This document shows, piece after piece, positions 1 through 9,290 of a stretch of 35,091 bases of DNA. Position 1 is the stretch's first letter. Every line of letters starts with the position of its first letter. Below the pieces are notes generated by a model. It was not told where the DNA came from and ran no database searches. It saw nothing but the letters and a program-made list of their open reading frames with translations. Location of the stretch: positions 1 through 35,091 of IMG/VR virus record IMGVR_UViG_3300033463_000533; one strand, 5' to 3'. Source of the stretch: a virus. A program made the position numbers and the translations under genes.

Positions 1-127
1 TTTATCTCCTTGCATTTATTAATTTTTCATAAAAACTATTTATTGAATATTCAAGTGCATCTAAACTGTCTATATCTGTTGTTCCATCATCAAGTCTTTC
101 ATCTTCTGCCTTACTATTCCATAAAGC
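1..127. repeat. Terminal redundancy (copy 1), identical to 34965-35091; circular-assembly overlap
   Basis: Direct comparison of first 127 nt with last 127 nt: identical. Confidence 0.97.
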
Positions 128-1234
128 TTCTTGTAATGCTTTTATTAATACTTGATTTTTTCTTATTATTTTTAATCTTTTTTGTGCTATTAGTTTACTC
201 GTTAAAAATATTCTGTCTTTTATTGTTCCTTTATTGCAATCCATTACTTTTATAGGTAATCGTTCTTTTTGACATTTCCTAATTAAGCCTAATGTAATTA
301 CATTTCCTAATGCTCCATAATCACAAAAAGCATATTGGCACATTCCGTATTTTTCATATACTCGCTTATAAAATGCAATAAACTGTTCATATAATTGCTC
401 TGGATCGTATATTTCTGTCATATCTAATTCATCCAAAGGAACAACTGTTTGAAAATTGTATGTTATTCCTGTTGCTACAAACTTTGTCTTACTCATACCT
501 GCTCCATAGTCAACTCCTATTGTAACAAGCATTAATCTTTCTTTTGTTTCTTCTATGTTATCTATCAAATATTCGTTTGTTTTATCTGCAAATAATCTAT
601 ATATAATACCTTCTGCTGATTTCCATTCGCCCAATATAAATCTATCAAAAAATACTGTTCCTTCATATTCGTTTTCTAAATTCTTTATAAATTCGCTATC
701 TAAAAACGAATTGTCATATAACGTGTATTTTTGTTGATATATGTCTGCGTTACTATCTAAAAATTGTTTAAACCAATGACTAGGCGATTCTGGGTTACAA
801 GTTCCATCAAACTTACTGTATGGCTTGTCTAAACGTGATTTAACCATATTAAATACTTCTTCATTCCACGTTGCAACCTCATCTCCATAACAGTATTTAA
901 AAGCAGAACCTCTTATCTGATTTACTCGTCTTACGTTGTCTGTTCCTAAGCAGTAACATTTTTCGCCAAATAAAAAAGCTGTGTTATCTGACTTTATATC
1001 AGTAACCAGCTCTGTTCCCCATATCTTTTGAAGCGGTTCTATTACATTTCTTTGTAATGTTCCTTTTGTGTTCCCCAATATAACAACTAATCCTTCTTTA
1101 TCTGCTACACCTCTTATTCGTTTAGGTATTACAAAATAATCTAAATAGGTTTTACCACTTCTTGTTGCTCCTGTTTTTATATTCCATCTTCTATTAGCAT
1201 TGTCTAAAAATTCTTGTTGTTTTGGAGAAAACAT
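2..1234 (-). CDS. terL: Terminase large subunit
   Basis: Walker-A-like GATRSGKTYLD, acidic ATPase region YCYGDEV, nuclease-like VTIGVDYGAG; next to portal across the circular junction. Confidence 0.93.
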   Translation of the reverse strand: MFSPKQQEFLDNANRRWNIKTGATRSGKTYLDYFVIPKRIRGVADKEGLVVILGNTKGTLQRNVIEPLQKIWGTELVTDIKSDNTAFLFGEKCYCLGTDNVRRVNQIRGSAFKYCYGDEVATWNEEVFNMVKSRLDKPYSKFDGTCNPESPSHWFKQFLDSNADIYQQKYTLYDNSFLDSEFIKNLENEYEGTVFFDRFILGEWKSAEGIIYRLFADKTNEYLIDNIEETKERLMLVTIGVDYGAGMSKTKFVATGITYNFQTVVPLDELDMTEIYDPEQLYEQFIAFYKRVYEKYGMCQYAFCDYGALGNVITLGLIRKCQKERLPIKVMDCNKGTIKDRIFLTSKLIAQKRLKIIRKNQVLIKALQEALWNSKAEDERLDDGTTDIDSLDALEYSINSFYEKLINARR

Positions 1235-1677
1235 TAAACAACACCGCCTATATTCTTTAATACTTCGTCTAATTTATCTAATGTGTCTTTATTATCATTC
1301 TTTTTGTTTTCAATTTCTTGTTTCTTTAAGTCTAATTCAACAACTTTTAATTCTTTATCCATTATTATTCCATAAGCTGTTGCTAAATCTTTTATATTGG
1401 TAAACATATCTATGTTTTCAAGTTTTCCATCCATTGCCTCAAATATTTTGTCAACAATTTCTATTTTCTTTTTACTGCGTTTCTTCATTGCTTGTAGTAC
1501 ATCTTCTGTGTTTTCTTGTCTTTTTTGTTCGAGTATTTTCGAACTGTTTTCATTATTTACAACTATTTTTCTAACTGCATTATCTGATATATTAAATTTT
1601 CTTCCTGTTTCAGAATAGTTTTGGCATTCTGCATAATAAGCAATAATTTCTTTTTTCTCTTTATCTGTCTTTGCCAT
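1234..1677 (-). CDS. terS: Terminase small subunit-like protein
   Basis: HTH-like N-terminus (YSETGRKFNISDNAVRKIV), coiled C-terminus, overlaps terL start. Confidence 0.75.
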   Translation of the reverse strand: MAKTDKEKKEIIAYYAECQNYSETGRKFNISDNAVRKIVVNNENSSKILEQKRQENTEDVLQAMKKRSKKKIEIVDKIFEAMDGKLENIDMFTNIKDLATAYGIIMDKELKVVELDLKKQEIENKKNDNKDTLDKLDEVLKNIGGVV

Positions 1678-1680
1678 ATA

Positions 1681-1890
1681 CTATCCCTTTCTTTCTATTT
1701 CTAATAATCTGTTTAGTAATTCTTTTTTAGTAAAATATGTCTCCCATTGTCCTTCATACTCTATCATATATCTTATAGAATACTTTACTTTGTCTTTTAA
1801 TTTATATAATAACATTTTAATATATTTATCCATGTTATTTAATCCTTCTTGTTGTTCTTCTTTTCCTTGGAAGCGGTTTTGGTTCTTCAA
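1681..1890 (-). CDS. Small hypothetical protein
   Basis: ORF track; overlaps end of the glycosyltransferase ORF. Confidence 0.4.
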   Translation of the reverse strand: MKNQNRFQGKEEQQEGLNNMDKYIKMLLYKLKDKVKYSIRYMIEYEGQWETYFTKKELLNRLLEIERKG

Positions 1891-3040
1891 TAGGTTTTTC
1901 TATTAGTTTACGAGTTTCTTTTGTTTCATCAACTTCTTCTATTTGATTAACAAAACCTAATTCTATAAGTTTATCTCTCCTATCATAATCAACAAGCCAA
2001 CGTTCTCCTTTTTTAGGAACATATCTTTCGCCTTTTATAACTGATAATTCGGTGTCACTTACATTTTTTTCTTGATATTTTCCTGTTGCTTCTACTAAAT
2101 ATTTCATATCTTTTTCCTCCTCATAATGTGATTTTGTTTTATTTAATATTTTATTATAACCATCTTCTATTTTTTTAAATTCAAACTTTAAAGGTTTTTT
2201 CATTCTATTTGCTATTTCTTCAGCATTTGTATTATCACTTTTGTAAAATAAAGCATTTACTCCATCTTCTATTCCTATTTCTTTAAAGTATGGCAACTCA
2301 CATACAACTATTGGAAGTCCTCTGTATAATGCTTCTTTTAAACTATAACTATCTCCTTCACATATTGATAATTGAACATACCAATCTGCTTTTTTCATTA
2401 ATGGTCCTACATCTAATCTATTAGGTACATGAACAACATTATTATTTTTCCATATTGAATTTGTTGCATATTCATTAGTTGTAACTATATACCATATAAA
2501 ATTTATTTCTAATTTTTCTAAAGTATTTGCTAGATATAACATTCTTCCACCATCTTTAATGTCAGACAATCTAGTTGCACTAAACAATATTAGTATTGGT
2601 TTATCTTCTTCTAGTTCATAAGGATTTCTACATAATATTGTTCTTTCTATTCCTGTTATATCTTCAAAAGCCTTTTTACTGCTTTCAGTAATTCCTATAT
2701 ATGTTATATCTTCTCTATCTTTTGGAAGTCCTAACCTTTCTGTTGGATTACTATAATCAGTATGTATAACTGTGTATTTCTTCGCTTCTTTGTTTACATA
2801 GTTTAATATTGATGTATCCCAATTTGTAATTATTACTTTGCACTTTATTTTTTGTTCTCTATGTATATATACTTTACAAAATTGTCTTAATCGTTTTGAT
2901 TGTTCTGGAGCTATATTTTTTGTTACAACTGCTATATCATAATCTTTATATTTTTTTACCATTTCATATACATAAGTTTCAACTCCGCCTATAGCATGAA
3001 TATCTCTTGCATAAAAAATATTTGCATGTTCTATTACCAT
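1835..3040 (-). CDS. Glycosyltransferase (GT-B / GT4-like) with basic C-terminal extension
   Basis: ARDIHAIGGVETYVYEMV near N-terminus and ICEGDSYSLKEALYRGLPIV donor-site-like motif; likely ATG at 3040 behind a GGAG Shine-Dalgarno. Confidence 0.8.
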   Translation of the reverse strand: MVIEHANIFYARDIHAIGGVETYVYEMVKKYKDYDIAVVTKNIAPEQSKRLRQFCKVYIHREQKIKCKVIITNWDTSILNYVNKEAKKYTVIHTDYSNPTERLGLPKDREDITYIGITESSKKAFEDITGIERTILCRNPYELEEDKPILILFSATRLSDIKDGGRMLYLANTLEKLEINFIWYIVTTNEYATNSIWKNNNVVHVPNRLDVGPLMKKADWYVQLSICEGDSYSLKEALYRGLPIVVCELPYFKEIGIEDGVNALFYKSDNTNAEEIANRMKKPLKFEFKKIEDGYNKILNKTKSHYEEEKDMKYLVEATGKYQEKNVSDTELSVIKGERYVPKKGERWLVDYDRRDKLIELGFVNQIEEVDETKETRKLIEKPIEEPKPLPRKRRTTRRIK

Positions 3041-3041
3041 A

Positions 3042-3245
3042 TTAATACTCCTGTCTAAACCCCATAATAGATTTAAGTTGTTTAGCATATCTTGTTTTTG
3101 GGCGAATATATCCTTCTAATTCGCCCTTTTTTTCATAATCATAACATCTGGCTTGTTTTTCTCCGTTTTTTTCTATAATCACAATACCTTTGTTACAATT
3201 TCCTTTACAGTTACTACATATATACTTTTTAAATGTTTCTATCAT
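3042..3245 (-). CDS. Small Cys-containing protein (CSNCKGNC motif)
   Basis: ORF track, start trimmed to ATG at 3245. Confidence 0.5.
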   Translation of the reverse strand: MIETFKKYICSNCKGNCNKGIVIIEKNGEKQARCYDYEKKGELEGYIRPKTRYAKQLKSIMGFRQEY

Positions 3246-3493
3246 ATATAGCACCTTCTTTTGTAGTTTTTGGCATCGGAGAAGGGGAATTGCACCCTTT
3301 ATTCCTCTAAATTGTTTATCTGTTGGCGGATAAAATAAACTAATTTAGTGTGCTACTTTTACACTATCTCCAATATATATTGTGCTAACTAGAATCGCAC
3401 AAAGAAGGTGTAATAAATGAATCTAATAAAGGAGGCATTATTTGTGTGGAATAATGCTATATATTAACCTATCTAGTATCGTTAATTTTAATT

Positions 3494-3532
3494 TAAAAAG
3501 CTGATATTTGCCCAGCTAAAGCCAATATCAGC
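3494..3532 (-). terminator. Rho-independent terminator candidate
   Basis: Minus strand GCTGATATT...AATATCAGC stem followed by TTTTT. Confidence 0.7.
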
Positions 3533-3627
3533 CAAATTCAAAAAACAACTCTTAAGAAAAAACCTTCTAGTTTTTTACCTATTATCATTTTACCACATTT
3601 TTTTACTTAAAAAAGGTCAAAATAAGG

Positions 3628-4035
3628 TCATTTTTTGTTTAATTCATTATGAACTGCATAAATTAGTTCTCTTTTTCTACGTTTGTATGTTTCTTCTGAC
3701 TTATTTAATATGTCTATTACATCCCATTTATACTTACTTTCTCTAAATTCTTTTTCAAATATAATCTTGCTATCATTATCGACTAATTGTAAAGCCTGTA
3801 CTACTGCTTTATACTCTTTTATAGACTGCTGTAAATCTATATTTTCTTGTAATTGTATTACTTTGTTAAGTGTTGTATTTCCTACACTATACGGAGCTTT
3901 TGGAAGTCCATCATTTGGAGCTATACTTAAACTTAATATGTCGCTTTGTATGTTTATTATGTTTATACAATTATAGTTATATCTTTTCAGGCAATCTCTT
4001 GCTCTGTTATATTCTTCTTTACTTAATCTTTCCAT
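3628..4035 (-). CDS. Hypothetical phage protein
   Basis: ORF track; Shine-Dalgarno-like AAGGAGG upstream. Confidence 0.55.
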   Translation of the reverse strand: MERLSKEEYNRARDCLKRYNYNCINIINIQSDILSLSIAPNDGLPKAPYSVGNTTLNKVIQLQENIDLQQSIKEYKAVVQALQLVDNDSKIIFEKEFRESKYKWDVIDILNKSEETYKRRKRELIYAVHNELNKK

Positions 4036-4048
4036 ATTTCCTCCTTTG

Positions 4049-4354
4049 TTATTCTTTTTGATATACTTTTAATAGTTTTTCTAATTTTCTTATTTCGTCC
4101 ATTCTATCTTTATATAATAACTTGATCCTTTTATGTTCTTTTTCTAAATAATTATTTTTTTCTCTAAGTCTAAAATTGTCTTCCATTTCTCTAGCATATT
4201 CAGGACGTTTTTTATTAATATAATTCTGCTGATGTACTGCTATATTAAAAACTTTATTGTAAGAATCCAATAAATTGTCTAATGCTTCTTTTACATCTTC
4301 TCTTTTAATCTTTATACTTTGCAACAACATCATTTCATCTTTCAAGTATTTCAT
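4049..4354 (-). CDS. Coiled-coil hypothetical protein
   Basis: ORF track; charged heptad-like composition. Confidence 0.55.
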   Translation of the reverse strand: MKYLKDEMMLLQSIKIKREDVKEALDNLLDSYNKVFNIAVHQQNYINKKRPEYAREMEDNFRLREKNNYLEKEHKRIKLLYKDRMDEIRKLEKLLKVYQKE

Positions 4355-4366
4355 CTTTAGTCCTCC

Positions 4367-4552
4367 TTATTTATTTATTAAGAATATAAATATTGGAACA
4401 AACACTAACACTGAAAAAAATCTAGCAACTCTATCAGTTTTATTATCTTCTGTTAGTATTTTTATTATATTAAGTATCACACTAAGCAACACTAATATTA
4501 TTGAATACCATTTTAATATTTGCATATTATTCTTCCTCCTTATACAAATCAC
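4367..4552 (-). CDS. Small membrane protein
   Basis: Two hydrophobic segments. Confidence 0.45.
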   Translation of the reverse strand: MICIRRKNNMQILKWYSIILVLLSVILNIIKILTEDNKTDRVARFFSVLVFVPIFIFLINK

Positions 4553-4770
4553 TCACACCTAGTTCTTGTATGGTTTTGCCTTCTATTATTTCTTCTGCTT
4601 TAGTAAGTTTTTTTTGTAATTCTCCATTTAGTTTTTTGGTGTTCTTCGTTTATTTCTTCTAGTTCTTTTATTCTGTTTTCTACTAATTCTATTAATTTTC
4701 TTTTCCCATATTGTGTAATTGTTCCCGTATATAATAAACTTTTCAATTCTTCATATTCTTTATTTATCAT
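4527..4770 (-). CDS. Coiled-coil hypothetical protein, interrupted by an apparent +1 frame change near 4630-4650
   Basis: Frame A MINKEYEELKSLLYTGTITQYGKRKLIELVENRIKELEEINEEHQK continues in the +1 frame as ...GELQKKLTKAEEIIEGKTIQELGVSDLYKEEE*. Confidence 0.55.
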
Positions 4771-4775
4771 TTGCA

Positions 4776-5396
4776 TCACTCCTTCATAAAATATTCTTTC
4801 CAACATTCTGCCATTTGGTCTTTACATTCATTATCACAATCTCTTACTTGACAATCAAATGTATCATAAGGACAACTTCCTGTAAGTTCTTCAATATATT
4901 TTGTTGTTCTATCTATTACATTATTTAATTTGTTTATTTCTATGTCTTTTTCATAGTTTTCTTTACTTAATCTTTCTATCTTGTCTTGCAATGTTTCATA
5001 ACTTCTTTTTATATACAGATTTCCTGCTGTTTCTTTGTTATTTACTTCTAATAACTCATATAAAGTTCTTTCAAAATTGTTTTCAAACTTGCTTTCTAAA
5101 TTGTAATGTGTTTCAAAATCTCTTAATCCTCTAGTATATCTTCTTATACTTTCAGAACTTGTTATGAATTTTAAACAAATATTATCTACAATTATTTCTC
5201 TTTTTCCTTTATATGTTTTCGCTTGCACCTTACATTCATCAACTAAATATCTCTTTACATATTTAAACCAATAATCTAAAGAATTAATAGTTGGGAATAT
5301 TAATATTTTTATTGTCATCTTTATATTAAACCTCCTCAACAATTTTAAATATTTTCTCTTCATCACATAATAAATTTTCATAATCTTTATTTTCAA
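4776..5396 (-). CDS. Hypothetical phage protein, C-terminal Cys-rich motif
   Basis: ORF track. Confidence 0.5.
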   Translation of the reverse strand: MKIKIMKIYYVMKRKYLKLLRRFNIKMTIKILIFPTINSLDYWFKYVKRYLVDECKVQAKTYKGKREIIVDNICLKFITSSESIRRYTRGLRDFETHYNLESKFENNFERTLYELLEVNNKETAGNLYIKRSYETLQDKIERLSKENYEKDIEINKLNNVIDRTTKYIEELTGSCPYDTFDCQVRDCDNECKDQMAECWKEYFMKE

Positions 5397-5505
5397 ATTT
5401 TAATAAATATAAGCCATCTATTATATCAATTACTATTGCTTTTTCAATTTTATCTCCAAAAAATCTACCAACACTATCTCCTATTTCAAAATCTTCATAA
5501 TCCAT
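5326..5505 (-). CDS. Small hypothetical protein MDYEDFEIGDSVGRFFGDKIEKAIVIDIIDGLYLLKFENKDYENLLCDEEKIFKIVEEV
   Basis: Manual translation; fills the gap left by the ORF track. Confidence 0.5.
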   Translation of the reverse strand: MDYEDFEIGDSVGRFFGDKIEKAIVIDIIDGLYLLKFENKDYENLLCDEEKIFKIVEEV

Positions 5506-5519
5506 AATCTTATTCCCTC

Positions 5520-5899
5520 CTAACTTTCTTCTAAAAGTTCTTGTAAAACTTGTATTTTAGCTCTATCTTGTTGCTTAATTGAATAATTTATTTGTTCCCA
5601 AGCTACATCAATACCCGTGTTTTTTATTTCTTCTATCTTTCTTTTACTTTTGATTTTGGAATATACATTTCTTGTCTAATATAAACATCTTCTGGGCATT
5701 CTTTTTCTCTAAATATAATTTCATTTCTTAAATTTTCATTTGCTAATTTTTTATATTTTTCTTTATCTTCTTCTAATTCCTTATATCTTGCTATAATATT
5801 ATCTATTGCCTTAAAATATCTATTGTCATCATAATCGTTTTCTTTTTTTGCTTTTTCTACTATTTCTTCTAAAAATTTTATATCTTTATCTTCTTCCAT
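5520..5899 (-). CDS. Hypothetical protein interrupted by an apparent -1 frame change near 5640
   Basis: MEEDKDIKFLEE...IPKSKVKE continues as KIEEIKNTGIDVAWEQ...LQELLEES* in the -1 frame. Confidence 0.5.
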
Positions 5900-6835
5900 T
5901 TAATCCTCCATAAATAAATTTTTAAATATTTTTTCTAACACATCTACTACAATACTATTTCCTGCTTGTTTATATAATTGTGTATTGCTTGTAGGTACAT
6001 TCTGTGCTTTTTCAAAATCTTCATCACTAAATCCCATTAATCTCCAACATTCCTTTGGTGTTAATTTTCTAATTCTATATCCATCAAATAATCTTTGTGT
6101 ATTATGATGAGGTTCTGTCAATGTTTGACTTATATCGCTTACTTTTTGATTATATAAATCCAAATTTAAAACTTTACCTTTTTCAAAACTAGTTTTTTCT
6201 ATTAATAATTTAAGCCTTTTACATTTGGAATTTTCTACCCAATATTTTTCTTCTACATTATCTTCTAATATGTCTTTAAGTCTTAATTTAAGTTCTTCTT
6301 TTTCTGAAAACTTAAAATTGCCTTTGTCTATATCTTTTCTAATACTTATCGTATAAACTCTTTCTCTGTTTTGTGGTATTCCATAATCTTTTGCATTTAA
6401 AACTTGATAATAACTATTATACCCTAATGCGTTCATTGTATCTATGTAAGCATCAAAATTATGTTTATGCTTTTTACTTAACAAATTCTTTACGTTTTCC
6501 CATAATACATATTTAGGTCTAATCTGTCCTACAATTCTTATCGTTTCATACATTAAGCTACTTCTAGTTCCGCTACCTATATCTCCACCTGCTTGTTTTC
6601 CTGCTACACTGAAATCTTGGCAAGGACTTCCATGTGTGATTAAGTCTATATCTTCAAATATTTTATTGTATGTAGTTATATCTTGTGTTTCAAAATTAGT
6701 TCCATGAATTTCATTAAAACTTGCCATTGCATATTTATCTATTTCTACTGCATCTACTATTTCTAAATCAATTCCTAATCTTTTTAGTGCTACACTACAA
6801 GCTCCTATTCCTGCAAATAATTCTATAATTCTCAT
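5900..6835 (-). CDS. dcm: DNA (cytosine-5) methyltransferase
   Basis: FAGIGACSVALKRLG, HGSPCQDFSVAG (catalytic PC), WENVKN, GYNSYYQVLNAKDYGIPQNRERVY motifs. Confidence 0.95.
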   Translation of the reverse strand: MRIIELFAGIGACSVALKRLGIDLEIVDAVEIDKYAMASFNEIHGTNFETQDITTYNKIFEDIDLITHGSPCQDFSVAGKQAGGDIGSGTRSSLMYETIRIVGQIRPKYVLWENVKNLLSKKHKHNFDAYIDTMNALGYNSYYQVLNAKDYGIPQNRERVYTISIRKDIDKGNFKFSEKEELKLRLKDILEDNVEEKYWVENSKCKRLKLLIEKTSFEKGKVLNLDLYNQKVSDISQTLTEPHHNTQRLFDGYRIRKLTPKECWRLMGFSDEDFEKAQNVPTSNTQLYKQAGNSIVVDVLEKIFKNLFMED

Positions 6836-7080
6836 AATCTGTCAACTTCCTTTTGTAACTTCATATTATCCTCTTGTATATCTGCTAATTGACTTTTTTG
6901 TGCTTCTATTAAACTTTTTAAATCTTCATTTTCTCTATATAACCTTATTCCTTCGAAAATGAATTTTAAAGTTATTATTGTTTCTAAGGTAATAAAGAAT
7001 ATTAGTCCAAGTATAATTGCTATCCAAAGCGGTTTTTTTTGCTTTACAGCTATATAATTTACTTCGCCTTTTGGTTTCAT
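6832..7080 (-). CDS. Small membrane-anchored coiled-coil protein
   Basis: One hydrophobic helix followed by coiled coil. Confidence 0.5.
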   Translation of the reverse strand: MKPKGEVNYIAVKQKKPLWIAIILGLIFFITLETIITLKFIFEGIRLYRENEDLKSLIEAQKSQLADIQEDNMKLQKEVDRL

Positions 7081-7083
7081 TTG

Positions 7084-7545
7084 TTATTCCTCCTTTAATA
7101 ATTCTGGATTATCATATATATTACCTATTACTTCATAATAATCTAATTCCCCATAACCATTTTCAGTTGCTAAATCATTAAAAAAATATTCTTTTTCATT
7201 CTTTTCCCTATAAAATCCGAAAGCTCCATCTATAAATTTAATTTGTCCTATTTCATCTTGTTTAAATCCAAAATCATAATTATGTTTATGTATTGTTACT
7301 ATATCTCCTTCATATATTTCTTTTCCGTTTTTATCTTTTAGTCCTGTATATTGCATAAGAATAAATCCATCATCACGTTGTAATTGTATATCTTTGTCAT
7401 TAATTATATCTTGCCCTTTTACCCATATAAGTTTTACTGTATTGTCATTAGGCTCTAAATAAAATCCTGTATTAAAAACTATTTCTGTAACCTGTCTCAT
7501 TTTTTTAGATTTTTTATCCCAAGCTCTAAATTTTATCTCTCTCAT
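7084..7545 (-). CDS. YopX-family phage protein
   Basis: MREIKFRAWDKKSKKM...LMQYTGLKDKNGKEIYEGDIV is typical of the YopX family. Confidence 0.88.
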   Translation of the reverse strand: MREIKFRAWDKKSKKMRQVTEIVFNTGFYLEPNDNTVKLIWVKGQDIINDKDIQLQRDDGFILMQYTGLKDKNGKEIYEGDIVTIHKHNYDFGFKQDEIGQIKFIDGAFGFYREKNEKEYFFNDLATENGYGELDYYEVIGNIYDNPELLKEE

Positions 7546-8198
7546 CTTCCATAACCTCCTCTATTTCTTTCGTTAAATTCCATTTCTAAATCTTCTAATA
7601 ATTCTTTTTGCTGTCTTTTCCATTTTTGTTCTGCTGTTTCTACTCCGAATTTTTTATACTTTTCTGCTATTTTCTTTTTCTTATATTCTTCATACTTCTG
7701 TTGTTCTTCTGGTGTCATAGGTTCTAGTTCTATATAACCTCTTTGTATTTCTTCTGGAAGTTCAATTTCAACTTCTTCATCTTGTTGTAATGGCTCTATT
7801 TCAATGCTTTTAGGTGTAACCTTTAGGCTTACACAATTTACATCAAAATTTGCTTTATATTCTCGTAACATATTATTTATTATTTCTTCGTCATCTCTTG
7901 GCAAACTGTGTAAATAACTATGTGGTAAAGCTGATAATAAAGCTCCATTTTCTGATTCTGCTTTTCCACCATTTTGCTTATGTCTTAAATGATGAAATGA
8001 AAGCATTTTCTCTAATGATTTTCTTTTACTGTTTGTGTATCTGCATTGCTCTTTATATTCTCTGTATGTTTTTATTTTTCTTTTTCGTGTTTTGTTTAAT
8101 TCGTCTATTTGTTCTTCGATTCTTGCTTCTGTAAACATATCTTTTTTTCCGTAAATACTCTCTAAATCTTTTCTAGCACCTTTATTTGACTTACTCAT
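7542..8198 (-). CDS. Hypothetical phage protein, charged C-terminus
   Basis: ORF track. Confidence 0.5.
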   Translation of the reverse strand: MSKSNKGARKDLESIYGKKDMFTEARIEEQIDELNKTRKRKIKTYREYKEQCRYTNSKRKSLEKMLSFHHLRHKQNGGKAESENGALLSALPHSYLHSLPRDDEEIINNMLREYKANFDVNCVSLKVTPKSIEIEPLQQDEEVEIELPEEIQRGYIELEPMTPEEQQKYEEYKKKKIAEKYKKFGVETAEQKWKRQQKELLEDLEMEFNERNRGGYGR

Positions 8199-8208
8199 TA
8201 GTTTCTCC

Positions 8209-8538
8209 TTATTTAATTATTTTTAATTCAAAATCTGGATACCTGTATTCAAACAGTTTTCTTTTTAACTTAAATACTTCTGTTTCTTTACCTTTTACAT
8301 CTTCTATAATTATTTTGCCTTTTTCTATGTATTGAAAGTCTGCAATATATTCTATCTTTCTGTAAGTCTTTCCATTTTTCCTAAAGCTATCTTGTAATAA
8401 AAATCGTGGCTGTAATTCTAGATTCCTTATTTCTCCTGCTTTTTGTAATAAAACTAATTCTTTGTATCTCTTACTTTCGGCTATACTATCAAATACATAC
8501 ATATCTACTTGTGTTTTTTTGTTTCTGTATTTGTTCAT
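8209..8538 (-). CDS. DUF1064-like phage nuclease-fold protein
   Basis: MNKYRNKKTQVDMYVFDSIAESKRYKELVLLQKAGEIRNLELQPRFLL...YIADFQYIEKGKIIIEDVKG. Confidence 0.85.
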   Translation of the reverse strand: MNKYRNKKTQVDMYVFDSIAESKRYKELVLLQKAGEIRNLELQPRFLLQDSFRKNGKTYRKIEYIADFQYIEKGKIIIEDVKGKETEVFKLKRKLFEYRYPDFELKIIK

Positions 8539-8547
8539 TTGTACCTC

Positions 8548-9290
8548 CTATAATTTACTTAAATCTGTATCAAAACTTATTTGTCCGTTTGCTAATACTC
8601 CATTTAATCTGTCTAAACTTATTTTATGATATTCTGGATCTATTTCTATTCCTATAAATTGTCTGTCTAATTCTTTACAAGCTACACAAGTTGTTCCACT
8701 TCCACTGAAACAATCTAATACTATATCTCCTTTGTTACTTGAATTAATTATTAAGTTTTTTATTATAGATAATGGCTTTATTGTAGGGTGTTTATATTTC
8801 TTTTTATCTTCTACATTGCATTTAGTTGTCCAAACAGTTCTTTTTGTTTCAACTGTACTATTTAGTATAGTTCCTTTATTTCTAAACATTAAACAATATT
8901 CTTTATCGTTTAAATATGTATTATTAATTGTTGGTACTGGATTTGTTTTGTTCCAAATAAATATTTCAAACATATCTGCTTTATCTTCAAAATAATCTAA
9001 ATACTGATGTATTTGTGCTTTATTACACCATATATATATATAGTTTTTAGCACTCTGCATAATTCATCTAAAATAGTTAAATCAATATTATTTATTAGAT
9101 TTTTATTCTCTATTGTGTCTGTATATAAAATTTTCCTTTCTTTAAACATTCCAGTTCTTCTACTTTGATTATCTTGTATTAAATATGGAGGGTCAATAAT
9201 TGCTAAATCAACACTATTATCTGGAATATCTTTAATTAATTCGTAACTATCTCCTAATGTTATTGTGTTTAACATATCTTCATACTTCAT
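8548..9290 (-). CDS. DNA N4/N6 adenine/cytosine methyltransferase, split by an apparent -1 (or +2) frame change near 9050-9065
   Basis: DPPY in the N-terminal part (8997..9290); FSGSGTTCVACKELDRQFIGIEIDPEY in the C-terminal part (8548..9060); both belong to one enzyme. Confidence 0.88.

Noticed and set aside
3255-3627. Phage tRNA gene that could decode CGG or act as a frameshift suppressor
   Set aside because: No GTTCRANNC T-arm or cloverleaf was recognisable by eye here or in other gaps; a proper tRNA scan with relaxed anticodon-loop size is still needed.
8406-8657. Numerous plus-strand ORFs of 60-131 aa (e.g. 8406..8657, 11337..11717, 15183..15545, 27502..27861)
   Set aside because: All lie antisense to strongly supported minus-strand genes, are Leu/Phe/Ser/Tyr-rich by reverse complement of AT-rich coding sequence, and have no recognisable motif.
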